From the NCBI GenBank assembly GCA_964592645.1, contig CAZQFV010000016.1:2282-66281 (forward strand): 64,000 nt of DNA. Reading direction: 5' to 3'. The DNA is from an uncultured Chloroflexia bacterium. GTDB taxonomy: Bacteria > Chloroflexota > Chloroflexia > DTKN01. The notes beneath the pieces are model-generated. The model ran no database searches. It worked only from the letters and a program-made list of their open reading frames with translations, and had not been told where the DNA came from. Positions 25,747-34,402 of this stretch are shown piece by piece (position 1 is the first letter of the stretch; each line of letters opens with the position of its first letter). The position numbers and the translations under genes are program-made.

Positions 25747-25998
25747 ATGGAAACCGCGATCAAGATCGAACTGCTGCCACAGCAGTACGAGGAGTTGGCC
25801 GCTGTAGCCCGCGACCGGAGCATGTCAGTTGAGGACGTCGCCCAAGCGGCGTTGGAAGAGTGGCTGCGCCAGCAGGCCAAGGTCGAACGCGCTCGCGCCC
25901 TGATGCGCGAACTGGGTCAGGGACTGGGCGAAGGCCGGCCTCCGCACGACGCTGCGCACCGTCATGACAAGTACCTCTATTCGCGGGAGCGCCCATGA
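25747..25998 (+). CDS. RHH/CopG-like antitoxin (VapB-type)
   Basis: ATG at 25747. KIELLPQQYEELAAVARDRSMSVEDVAQAALEEWL is RHH-like. It overlaps the vapC start (ATGA at 25995-25998). Confidence 0.6.
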   Translation: METAIKIELLPQQYEELAAVARDRSMSVEDVAQAALEEWLRQQAKVERARALMRELGQGLGEGRPPHDAAHRHDKYLYSRERP

Positions 25999-26411
25999 AC
26001 AAGGTCTTCGTAGACACCTGGGCGTGGTATGCGCTCACCGACGTGGCGGACGCGAGCCACGCTCTGGCTCAACAGACCAACGAGCGGTTGTTGGACGGCA
26101 AGTATACCTTTGTCACCACCAACTTTGTGCTGGACGAGGCAATCACACTCATCCGCTACAACATGCACCACGCCGCAGCCGTGCGCTTCTGGCAGATGCT
26201 GCGGTCGTTGATCGAAGACGGGCTGGTCGAGTTGGTGCGGGTGGACCAGGCCCACGAAGATGCTGCCTGGGAGGTCTTTGAACAGTATAGCGACCAGGAC
26301 TTCTCCTATACCGACTGCACCTCCTTCGCCGTCATGCGCCAGCTCGGCTTGACCAACGTCTTCACTGCTGATCACCACTTTGCGACGATGGGCTTCATCC
26401 TCCTGCCCTAA
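25995..26411 (+). CDS. vapC: PIN-domain toxin VapC
   Basis: VFVDTWAW, FVLDEAI, SYTDCTSF and FTADHHF give the four acidic PIN positions. Confidence 0.85.
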   Translation: MNKVFVDTWAWYALTDVADASHALAQQTNERLLDGKYTFVTTNFVLDEAITLIRYNMHHAAAVRFWQMLRSLIEDGLVELVRVDQAHEDAAWEVFEQYSDQDFSYTDCTSFAVMRQLGLTNVFTADHHFATMGFILLP

Positions 26412-26531
26412 CCTGACCGCCGCGATAGCTACTCCCATTTATGCCACCGGTTTCTCGGTGCCACAGAATTTGGTGGGCTAGAGAGCTGTGTATTGCGCTC
26501 AACCTTGAAGTGGTTCAGTAGCAGGTCTACT

Positions 26532-26641
26532 GCCGGCGGGCCAAGTTGGAAGGAACGACGGTCGTGCTCCAGCGAACCACGGTGGTGACCATCTACCGCA
26601 ATCGCCGGGCCGGCCGGCGAGTCAGGAGGAAAGAACGCTGA
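26532..26641 (+). pseudogene. 3' fragment of a second DUF4258-like gene (direct repeat copy B)
   Basis: It encodes ...RRAKLEGTTVVLQRTTVVTIYRNRRAGRRVRRKER* without any 5' part. It duplicates 25453-25562. Confidence 0.7.
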
Positions 26642-26859
26642 CGCTGAATCTCAAAACCGACCAGGGGCCGATCAGGGGGCATCCTTTGTCTGGTCGCCCC
26701 CCATCATTTCGGCAATTCAGTGCACTTTCACCCTACTGTGATCCCGAATCATCACTGACACAAAGCCTACTATGTGGTCGTATATTCACCAGTGAAGGTT
26801 TCTGGGGGCTTGATCAGTGTATGGGTTAGCGAAACTCCGAGGAAGTCGGGGAGGTTGCC

Positions 26860-27552
26860 ATGGCTTGGTTGGATATTCTAACAAACGTGGTTTCAGACAT
26901 CATCTTTGTCTTTCTGGTCACCCTTGTTCTGGGACTCGCAATCCTGATATTCAGCTATGGGCGACTGGGTAAGGCGCGGCGGTTCTTTGGCTTTGGCAGA
27001 GATGCGCGGATCAGTATCTACGTGTCGGGCTTCGAGCATCCGGGAGTCAAAACAAAGAGGGTAGTAAATGCGCTGGAATATGAGGTCGCCGTGGGACTGA
27101 GAGATGCCCTTCGGAGGGTATCTGGGCAGGGGTTCCTCCAAAGATTGACACAGTACTTGGCCGGGCTAATCGGGCAGGAAGTGAGATCTCCTGAAGCCAA
27201 CATCGAGGTCAGTCCGCTAGAGGTTACAGAAGTCCTCAGCTGCGATGGCGTTATCCTGGTTGGTGGCCCCGTGGGCAATCAACTCAGCAGATTTTACCTG
27301 CAGGGCTCGCCCCAGTTCAGGTTTGATGAGGGGAGGAGCGTGTATCAGCAGCGCGACGCCGATGGGTATCGGGACATGAGCCCCTCGGACGATGTCGCCA
27401 TCATCGAAAAACGGCTCTTCGGAGGGCAGGTCGTGCTTCTCATCCATGGGTTCGGCGAGGAGCAGACGCAGCGTGCTGCGGAGTATCTGATCAAGTACTG
27501 GGAGAGGCTATACAAGTTGCATAGGACGCGGGAATTTGCCATCCATGTCTAG
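26860..27552 (+). CDS. hypothetical membrane-anchored protein in a lower-G+C patch
   Basis: ATG at 26860 follows GGGGAGG. It has an N-terminal TM helix followed by an alpha/beta-looking domain (CDGVILVGGPVGN, VVLLIHGFGEEQ). I recognised no family. Confidence 0.6.
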   Translation: MAWLDILTNVVSDIIFVFLVTLVLGLAILIFSYGRLGKARRFFGFGRDARISIYVSGFEHPGVKTKRVVNALEYEVAVGLRDALRRVSGQGFLQRLTQYLAGLIGQEVRSPEANIEVSPLEVTEVLSCDGVILVGGPVGNQLSRFYLQGSPQFRFDEGRSVYQQRDADGYRDMSPSDDVAIIEKRLFGGQVVLLIHGFGEEQTQRAAEYLIKYWERLYKLHRTREFAIHV

Positions 27553-27567
27553 CGGGGTGATTACGTT

Positions 27568-28518
27568 TCACCTCCGCATCAACCTCTCCTCCAACTGCGC
27601 CAGCGCCTCCAGCAGCCCCTCCTTCGTTGCCCCTGGCGTGGTCACCACGGCCACGAACTGCTGCAGGTAGCCGCCCGGGTCCATATCCTCCGGCAGGCCG
27701 GCAAAGAGGCGCGTCCGCTCCCCGGCAAAATAGGCGTCGATCTCGCCCTTGAGCAACCGGCGCAGCGGCTGATCCACGGCCGGCAGGGCCCGCTCCAGCG
27801 CGCGCAGCACCTCCGGGCTGACCGTATAGACGCTGCGGAAGGCCCCCACCAGCCGGGCCACCTGCTCCGGCCGCACCCGCACGTGGCGGTCCACCTGCGG
27901 GATGCTGGGCGCGACCCCCGGCCGGCGCCCTCTGCGCCGGCGCCGCAGCAGCACCAGCCCAGTGATCCCGCCCAGCACAATAGCACCGCCGGCGATGGCC
28001 ACCGGGCCCACCGGCACCACGCCCGCAGCACTCCCCCGGCCGGGCGTCGGCGAAGGGATCACACTCGGGCGTACCTTGGGAGTGCCCGTGGCAATCGCCG
28101 TGGGCAGCACGGTGATCCGGCCCCCGCCGGCCGTCGCCCGGGGGCTCGGCCGCGGCGTCGCGGCTTTCGCGGGAATCGTGGTGGGCGGCACCGGAGCCAG
28201 CGTGAGTGTAGGGCCGGCCGGAGTTGGCGGGACCGGAGTGTCCGGTTTGGCCGTGGGATGCACTGGCTCCGTGGGTACCGGCGTGGGCGGAGCAGGCCCC
28301 TCGGTGGGTGAGGAGGTATCCGTGGGCCACGGCGTTTGGGTCGGCGGCACAGGAGGGACCGGCGTAGCGGTCGCCACGGGCTCCACCGGCGTTTTGGTCG
28401 GCACGAGCGGCGTCTTGGTGGGCGGGGATGGTGGGCCGGCCTGCGCCGGGCCGGCCCACCACCAGATCCCTGCCAGGAGCACCAGGAGGAGCAGCACCCA
28501 CCAACGTCTTGGCCTCAA
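27568..28518 (-). CDS. single-pass membrane protein with a Pro/Thr-rich ectodomain
   Basis: TTG at 28518 follows GGGAGGG. It has a signal-like N-terminus, ~170 aa of P/T-rich sequence, a TM helix (VAIAGGAIVLGGITGLVLL) and a cytoplasmic domain. Confidence 0.55.
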   Translation of the reverse strand: MRPRRWWVLLLLVLLAGIWWWAGPAQAGPPSPPTKTPLVPTKTPVEPVATATPVPPVPPTQTPWPTDTSSPTEGPAPPTPVPTEPVHPTAKPDTPVPPTPAGPTLTLAPVPPTTIPAKAATPRPSPRATAGGGRITVLPTAIATGTPKVRPSVIPSPTPGRGSAAGVVPVGPVAIAGGAIVLGGITGLVLLRRRRRGRRPGVAPSIPQVDRHVRVRPEQVARLVGAFRSVYTVSPEVLRALERALPAVDQPLRRLLKGEIDAYFAGERTRLFAGLPEDMDPGGYLQQFVAVVTTPGATKEGLLEALAQLEERLMRR

Positions 28519-28531
28519 GGTACCCTCCCGG

Positions 28532-31513
28532 TCACTGCTCGCTCGCCGTCAGCGTGTAGACGTTGTCGGTACCACCGGCCTCCGGCAGGTAATCGCGAAC
28601 TTTCAGGTAGTAGCGCCCGCTGGCCGGCGCGCTGATGGTCAGGCAGCTGGCCTTGGTGTACGGATCGCAGTCGTCGTTCTGGGCGAGCAGCGTCGTCCCA
28701 TCGGTATCGTACAGCTCTAGCACCGTGTCAGCGGTGCCGCCGAGGTCGCCAGTGGCAAAAAGGTAGGGCCGGCCAATGGCCAGGTCCACGTAGACCCAGT
28801 CCACGTCGCCCGCCGGGTTGAGGTTATGCTGCTGCACGCCGTCGATGGGTAGCGCTTGCGCCTGCGCCGGCGTACCGTCAGGCTCGTAGCCGTCCACCCA
28901 GAAGCCTCGCAGGACCAGCGGCAGGTAGACGCGATAGACCGGCACGGCCACGACGAGCGGGAACTCGTCCTGCGCCAACCCGCAGACGTTCAGCGCGGTC
29001 AGGGTGATCGTGTACACGCCGGGAGTGCCGTAGCTGTGCGGCACGACTGGGCCGCTCGTGGGCGGCGAGCCATCCCCAAACTCCCAGCTATAGTTGACCG
29101 GGTTGTCGCCGGAAGTCAGCGTCGCCGTAAAGGTCGCCGGCCGGCCGGCCAGCAGCGGCCGCGGGGTGTAGACGATCCCCAGGCCGGCAGGGGCGCGGCA
29201 GTAGGCCACCTCGACCGTCCGGCTGATCGCGTCCGCCCCACAGGCGTTGGTCCCCGTGAGAACGACGGTGTAATTGCCCGTGACCGCATAGGTGTGGAGG
29301 ACCAGCGGGCCGGCCGCCGTCGCCCCATCGCCCAGGTCCCAGGCGTACAAGATGGGGGCCAGCCCTTGGGCCATGCCGACAAAGGTGACCGGCCCACCGG
29401 GATCGGGGCTCGCCGGACTGTAGGTAAAGCTGATCTGCTGGACCGCGCTCAGGATCTCGACCGGGTGCGAGACCACGTCGGTATGAAAGACACTCGTCGC
29501 CGTGAGCGTGGCCGTGTACAGGCCGGCCAGCGCATAGGTGTGGGTGGGGTGCTCGGCCGTGGAAAAGGTGCCATCGCCCAGGTCCCAGTGGTAGGAAAGC
29601 GGGCCGAGACCGCCCTCGGAAGCGTTGGTAAAGACCACCTCGGCCCCCGCGCACACCGGGGAGTTGGTGGAAAAGGCCGCCCGTGGGAGATCGAGCACGG
29701 TGATCGTCCCACTGGCTATGCCCACCCCGCAGCCGGTCGTGCCGGTCAGGAGGATGTCGTACGCACCCGGGAGCGTGTAGGCGTGTGTGACGACCAGCCC
29801 CGTGTCGCGAAAGCCGTCGCCCAGGTCCCAGTCAAAGACGGCCGGCAGCGCCCCGCTGTAGACGGCCGTAAAGGTGACGGCGATCCCCACTTCGGGGGTA
29901 AGCGGCTCGCGGGCCATCCCGACAAGCGGGGCGCCGTGGGCGACGATCTCCTCGCTGTACAGGTCAAAGCCGCACCCGTTCTGCGCCAGCAGCACCACGT
30001 CGTAGAAGCCACCCACTGCCCACGTGTGCGTCGGGTTGGCCAACGGCGAGGACGTGCCGTCGTCAAAGTCCCACTGGTACGACACCGTCCCGCTGGCCAC
30101 CGTCGTGTTGGTGAACGACACCGGCGCCGCGGCACAGACGACCGGCGGGACGTAGGTATACCCGGCGGCCGGAGTGCCCCACACCGTGACCGTGTTGGTG
30201 AAGGTAGCGATGCCGCAGCCGGCCGTAACCGTGAGCATGGCCGTATAGATGCCAGGCTGGTCGTAGCTGTGCACGGGATCGTCCAGCGTGGAGGTCGCGC
30301 CATCGCCAAAGGACCACTGGTAGGAGAACGGCGCCGTTCCCGTGACCGTGCTGGTAAAGTGCACCGGCGTAAAGGCACAGGCCGGTTCGGGCGTGTGGGT
30401 GAACGTTGCCTGGAGGCAGGCCGAGGCATACTTGAGGTCCATGTTGGTGTCGTCGCGGTAACTGATGTGGGGCTGACCGGCACCATCCAGGGAGAGCGAG
30501 TTGTAGGCGCCCAGCGTGCTGCCCGGATCCACCGTCTGGCAGGCCCAGGCCCCCGTGCCGCAGTTTCCCTGTCCCGGGGCGGCATAAGTGGCATACCGCA
30601 GGCCGGCCGGCGACCAGTAGCTCACATGGGGCCGGCCGGCGCCATCTAGCGCCAGCGAGTTGTGGCCATAGGTGCCGATGTCGATCAGGTCATAGTACCA
30701 GGTCCCGCCATTGCGGTACGCGTACTTGAGGTTGGCTCCACCGAGAGAGGCATAGGCAATGTGCGGCCGGCCGCTTGCATCCAGCGCCAGGGACGTATAC
30801 TGTCCCTGATCCAGCCCTGCCTCTACCACCTGGACAATCCAGGATCCCTCGACTGGGTCAAACTCGGCATACTTCAGGCTGCCATTGGTCACGTCAAAGT
30901 AGCTGATGCACGGGCGGTTCGCCGCGCGCAGGGCCAGCGACGTATAGCGCCCCACATCGCCGGCAGAGTCTACCGTTTGGGTGCGCCATCCGCCAACACC
31001 GTAGTACGCGTACCGGAGATTGCCTTCCCCGGCATCATAGTAGCTGATGTGCGGAAAGCCCTGCCCGTCGAACGCCAGGCTGGTCCACTGGCCCGTGTCG
31101 CCGGTTGAATCCACAGTCATCCCGCCAAAGAGATCGGTATACTTCAGGTCACCGTTGGTCGAATCGTAGTAGCTGATGCCGATGTTGCCGGCGGCATAGT
31201 GGGCAATCGAGGTAAAGAGGCCCGTGTCGCCGGCCGCGTCCAACGTCTGGACGACCCAGGATGTGCCGTCGTGCTCGGCGTACTTGAGGTCACTGCTGCC
31301 ATAGTAGCTGACGTGGGGCCGGCCATTGGCATCCAGGACCAGGGCCGTGTACTGGCCAACGTTGCCGGTGGCATCCACCGTCTCGACGTGCCAGGTCCAC
31401 TCCCCGTGAACCGCGGCACCAGCCGGCGCACCATGGCCAACCGCGGGGACCGCTCCCGGCAGGGCCAGGAGCACCAGCAGGGCCACTGTGGTGAGCGCCC
31501 AGGGTACTTTCAT
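28532..31513 (-). CDS. secreted surface protein with ~8 beta-propeller-like repeats, multiple PKD-like domains and a C-terminal pre-peptidase (PPC)-like domain
   Basis: A signal peptide is present. GxYTSLALDxxGRPHISY...LKYA units repeat. PKD-like units match FxxxxxGxxPxxYxWDFGDG. The C-terminus has DVDWVYVDL...YYLKVRDY. Confidence 0.8.
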   Translation of the reverse strand: MKVPWALTTVALLVLLALPGAVPAVGHGAPAGAAVHGEWTWHVETVDATGNVGQYTALVLDANGRPHVSYYGSSDLKYAEHDGTSWVVQTLDAAGDTGLFTSIAHYAAGNIGISYYDSTNGDLKYTDLFGGMTVDSTGDTGQWTSLAFDGQGFPHISYYDAGEGNLRYAYYGVGGWRTQTVDSAGDVGRYTSLALRAANRPCISYFDVTNGSLKYAEFDPVEGSWIVQVVEAGLDQGQYTSLALDASGRPHIAYASLGGANLKYAYRNGGTWYYDLIDIGTYGHNSLALDGAGRPHVSYWSPAGLRYATYAAPGQGNCGTGAWACQTVDPGSTLGAYNSLSLDGAGQPHISYRDDTNMDLKYASACLQATFTHTPEPACAFTPVHFTSTVTGTAPFSYQWSFGDGATSTLDDPVHSYDQPGIYTAMLTVTAGCGIATFTNTVTVWGTPAAGYTYVPPVVCAAAPVSFTNTTVASGTVSYQWDFDDGTSSPLANPTHTWAVGGFYDVVLLAQNGCGFDLYSEEIVAHGAPLVGMAREPLTPEVGIAVTFTAVYSGALPAVFDWDLGDGFRDTGLVVTHAYTLPGAYDILLTGTTGCGVGIASGTITVLDLPRAAFSTNSPVCAGAEVVFTNASEGGLGPLSYHWDLGDGTFSTAEHPTHTYALAGLYTATLTATSVFHTDVVSHPVEILSAVQQISFTYSPASPDPGGPVTFVGMAQGLAPILYAWDLGDGATAAGPLVLHTYAVTGNYTVVLTGTNACGADAISRTVEVAYCRAPAGLGIVYTPRPLLAGRPATFTATLTSGDNPVNYSWEFGDGSPPTSGPVVPHSYGTPGVYTITLTALNVCGLAQDEFPLVVAVPVYRVYLPLVLRGFWVDGYEPDGTPAQAQALPIDGVQQHNLNPAGDVDWVYVDLAIGRPYLFATGDLGGTADTVLELYDTDGTTLLAQNDDCDPYTKASCLTISAPASGRYYLKVRDYLPEAGGTDNVYTLTASEQ

Positions 31514-31531
31514 CGTTGCACCTCCGTGATC

Positions 31532-31981
31532 TCAGGGATAAACCTCGTGCAATGCGCCGACCTCGGCCTCGGCGCTCACTTCGATCCAGACCGGACCGAT
31601 GCCGCCGAACAGATCCTCGGCATTGGCCCCCACGATGACCTCGACGACGTGGCGGTCGTGGTGCAGGTGGATGTGGGTGACCTGCGGGTAGACGCGGCGC
31701 CGGATCAGCCACCCCGCGTTCTGCAGCGCATAGCCCCAAGCCTCGTCGGCCGCATACGGGGCAAAACGCAGCTCCCCGGTCAGCCGATAATAGGCCATGT
31801 CCACGTCCTGGGCGGCGGCCAGCGCCGCCGCGTCGGCCGCGGCGGCAAGGGTGTTGCGCACGTGCAGGTAGCGGCCGATCCCCAAGGTCAGCAGCATCAG
31901 CGGCACCAGGACAAAGGCGGCAAAGTACAGCACGGCGGCGAGAGAGACGCCGCGCCGGCCGCGGCGCAGGACCTTGCTCAT
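31532..31981 (-). CDS. TadG-like (Tad_N) pilus-assembly protein
   Basis: ATG at 31981 lies 6 nt after GGAGGG and overlaps the upstream stop by 1 nt. GVSLAAVLYFAAFVLVPLMLL...LAAAADAAALAAAQD is TadG-like. Confidence 0.6.
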   Translation of the reverse strand: MSKVLRRGRRGVSLAAVLYFAAFVLVPLMLLTLGIGRYLHVRNTLAAAADAAALAAAQDVDMAYYRLTGELRFAPYAADEAWGYALQNAGWLIRRRVYPQVTHIHLHHDRHVVEVIVGANAEDLFGGIGPVWIEVSAEAEVGALHEVYP

Positions 31982-32379
31982 CACCACCCCTCCATCCGCA
32001 TCCGCGTCTGCCCGACCACATTGATGCTGGGCCAGATGAGCGGGACCAACGACGGGACCCGGTAGGACACCCGGCAGAGGAGAAAGCCGTTGCCCGCGCC
32101 GATAAAGACCTCGCGCTCGCCGGGGAGCAGGCCGTACCCCATGGCTTCCTGGCGGGCGGCCTGGCCCGGGTTGGGGCTGACCACTCCGACCCGGCAGCCG
32201 GACCGCGCCGCCTCCTGGACTACCTGGTTGGCGTACACGGTGTAGCCGCCGTTGACCAGGAGCACGACCAGCATAATCAGAATGGGCAGGCCCAGCAGCA
32301 GCTCATACATCTCCACGCCGCCGGAGCGTCCCTCCCGCAGCAGCGCCGGTCCCGGTGGCCGCCGTTTTCTCCTTGCCAT
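31981..32379 (-). CDS. TadE-like pseudopilin
   Basis: ATG at 32379 lies 7 nt after GGAGG. GGVEMYELLLGLPILIMLVVLL...QEAARSGCRVG is TadE-like. Confidence 0.6.
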   Translation of the reverse strand: MARRKRRPPGPALLREGRSGGVEMYELLLGLPILIMLVVLLVNGGYTVYANQVVQEAARSGCRVGVVSPNPGQAARQEAMGYGLLPGEREVFIGAGNGFLLCRVSYRVPSLVPLIWPSINVVGQTRMRMEGW

Positions 32380-32458
32380 TGCCATACCTCCTTCCGGCGG
32401 CCCGCCTGCCGGCGTTGCGTCGGCCTCGGGGCAGGCAGGCCGCCGGTTGCCCGGCGTT

Positions 32459-32665
32459 CTACCCCCAGGAAAAGAGGGTGCTGATGATCCGCCGGCCGAA
32501 ATCCAGGATCGCGCTCCCCAGGAGCCGGTAGACCACCGCCACGATGGCCCCCAGGAGCGCCAGCCCCAGCAGGATCTCGACCATGTCGAGGCCTTTGCGC
32601 CCGCGCAGCAGGCGCGGAACCAGGTTCTGCCACGTCAACTGCCGTCCAAACATTCTTGCCAGCAC
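32459..32665 (-). CDS. flp: Flp-family type IVb pilin
   Basis: GTG at 32665 follows GGAGGTG. The RGRKG/LDMVEILLGLALLGAIVAVV prepilin motif has Glu at +5. Confidence 0.65.
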   Translation of the reverse strand: MLARMFGRQLTWQNLVPRLLRGRKGLDMVEILLGLALLGAIVAVVYRLLGSAILDFGRRIISTLFSWG

Positions 32666-32715
32666 GCTACACCTCCATGCATTTGCTTATTCCTGCCGGA
32701 GCAGGGACCTTGCCG

Positions 32716-33585
32716 CTACATTCCACTGAACAGGGCCAGGACGTTGAGCAGGATCGGCCCCACCACCAGGGCCAGGAAGGGAAGGACGAAGAACACCAGC
32801 AGCACCGGCGTCATCTTGCCGCCCAGGCTGCGCACCCGCCCTTTGGCCGTGTTCAGGTAGGTCCGAAAGGTGTCCTGCGACAGCCCCAGCAGCCGCCGGC
32901 CGGCGTCCACCCCCTGACGCTCGATCTCGGCCAGCTTGACAAAGAGGGCCATCAGCTCGGCCAGGCCCGTTTCCTCGGCGCGGGGCCGCAGGACGTCCAG
33001 GAAGCGCCCACCTTTGGTCTCGGCCTCGCGCTGGGCCCGGCGCAGGAACTCGCCCAGCAGCCCGGGGTAGTCGCCGGCCACCGCCCGCAAGGCCGCTTCC
33101 ACCGTGGTGCCCCCGACGACCTCCAGGGCCAGCCGGTCACTCAGGTCGGGCAGGGAGCGCTGGATCTCGCGCAGGGCCTTCTCCGAGGCCTTGCGCAGCT
33201 GGTTGATCGGCAGGAGCGCGCCCAGGAGCCCAAAGACGAAGGCAAAGATCACGTCGCCCATCACGAGCAGGCCGAACAGCGCCCCGCCCCCGGCCAGGGC
33301 CACGATCAAGGCATAGACCATCGCCCCGGTCCAGCCCAGCCACTGCCCCTGGAAATGCGCCCAGAAGAGCCGGCGCTCCAGGTTGCCGAGCGTTGCGCCG
33401 GGCAGGACCTGGCGCAGCAGGCCGGCCAGCGGCAGCACCAGGGCCTGGCCGAGCGGGATCGTCTCTTCCTCCACGCCGGCCACCAGGCGCAGTTGCGCCT
33501 CCACGGGGGCCCGGCGCAGGGGCAGCAGCTCGTACCCCGCGACCAGCACGGCCAGGCCGAACAGCAGACCGATGATGAGTGGCAT
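32716..33585 (-). CDS. tadC: TadC-like type II secretion system F-family membrane protein
   Basis: ATG at 33585 follows AGGAGGTG. The topology and C-terminus (GKMTPVLLVFFVLPFLALVVGPILLN) are T2SSF-like. Confidence 0.75.
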   Translation of the reverse strand: MPLIIGLLFGLAVLVAGYELLPLRRAPVEAQLRLVAGVEEETIPLGQALVLPLAGLLRQVLPGATLGNLERRLFWAHFQGQWLGWTGAMVYALIVALAGGGALFGLLVMGDVIFAFVFGLLGALLPINQLRKASEKALREIQRSLPDLSDRLALEVVGGTTVEAALRAVAGDYPGLLGEFLRRAQREAETKGGRFLDVLRPRAEETGLAELMALFVKLAEIERQGVDAGRRLLGLSQDTFRTYLNTAKGRVRSLGGKMTPVLLVFFVLPFLALVVGPILLNVLALFSGM

Positions 33586-33594
33586 CTACACCTC

Positions 33595-33972
33595 CTATTT
33601 CCGCCGGCCCGCCCGGGACGGGCAGGGACCGCTATCCGCGCTCCCGGGCGCGGGGCTCACGGCAGGCGGCGGATCGCCGACGTAATAGTCCGGGGACCAG
33701 GACGAACCATTTGTGGTCGGCGTGCCATCGCCGGCGAACGGTTCTGGGCCCAGTTCCGCTGCCGCCAGGCCGCCTCCTGCACTGCCCGGGCAGGTCTCGA
33801 CGATTTGCAGGGCCTGGCACACCAGGCAGAGGGCAAAGCGGCGAAAGGCGATCCAGCCGTCCCGCGACTGGATGACCACATACTGGGTTGGGTCCAACGC
33901 GGGGGCCGGCCCGGTGCCGCCCATGCCCAGCAGGTCAGCCCGGTACTCGCCGCACACGGGGCGGATGCTCAT
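33595..33972 (-). CDS. hypothetical protein
   Basis: ATG at 33972 follows a strong AGGAGGA. Confidence 0.5.
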   Translation of the reverse strand: MSIRPVCGEYRADLLGMGGTGPAPALDPTQYVVIQSRDGWIAFRRFALCLVCQALQIVETCPGSAGGGLAAAELGPEPFAGDGTPTTNGSSWSPDYYVGDPPPAVSPAPGSADSGPCPSRAGRRK

Positions 33973-33982
33973 GGCAGTCCTC

Positions 33983-34165
33983 CTACTTGCCCGCCGCTTT
34001 GAGCTGCTTCCGCAGCAGCCAGAGCGCGACGACGCCCAGCACGGTCAGCACCCCGGCGCTGACGAGAGCAAAGGCGTCCTTGCCAGTCACAAACAAGATC
34101 ACGCCCAACAGGACCAGGATGAACCCACCAACGGCGTACAGTTGCTGCTTTCGCTTTGGTTCCAC
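33983..34165 (-). CDS. small two-TM membrane protein
   Basis: GTG at 34165 lies 5 nt after AAGGAGG. Confidence 0.45.
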   Translation of the reverse strand: MEPKRKQQLYAVGGFILVLLGVILFVTGKDAFALVSAGVLTVLGVVALWLLRKQLKAAGK

Positions 34166-34195
34166 GGCGACCTCCTTGTGTCTTTGCTCGGATCA

Positions 34196-34402
34196 CTATG
34201 GTACGGCATCCCAGGCCAGCGCCTGGGCGAGAACGTATCCCACGCTGATCGTGGATAGAATGATGGTCACATCCGTCAATACCAGCTCGAGCAGGCCGGC
34301 CGCGGTGGGCGCGTGCCGGTAGCGGCACAGCCGCACCCCCGCCACGATCAGCGGCAGCAGAACCGTAAAGTAGTAGATGCGGGTCCCATCTTGCCTGTTC
34401 AT
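34196..34402 (-). CDS. small membrane protein
   Basis: ATG at 34402 overlaps the tadB stop (ATGA). Confidence 0.45.
   Translation of the reverse strand: MNRQDGTRIYYFTVLLPLIVAGVRLCRYRHAPTAAGLLELVLTDVTIILSTISVGYVLAQALAWDAVP

Larger units (their letters stand above)
20380..27552. other. mixed-strand cargo islet (integrase, TA modules, gene remnants, lower-G+C patches) interrupting the minus-strand block
   Basis: It holds the only plus-strand genes of the element, three decayed genes, a duplicated gene fragment, a long hairpin and a 740-bp non-coding stretch. Confidence 0.45.
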
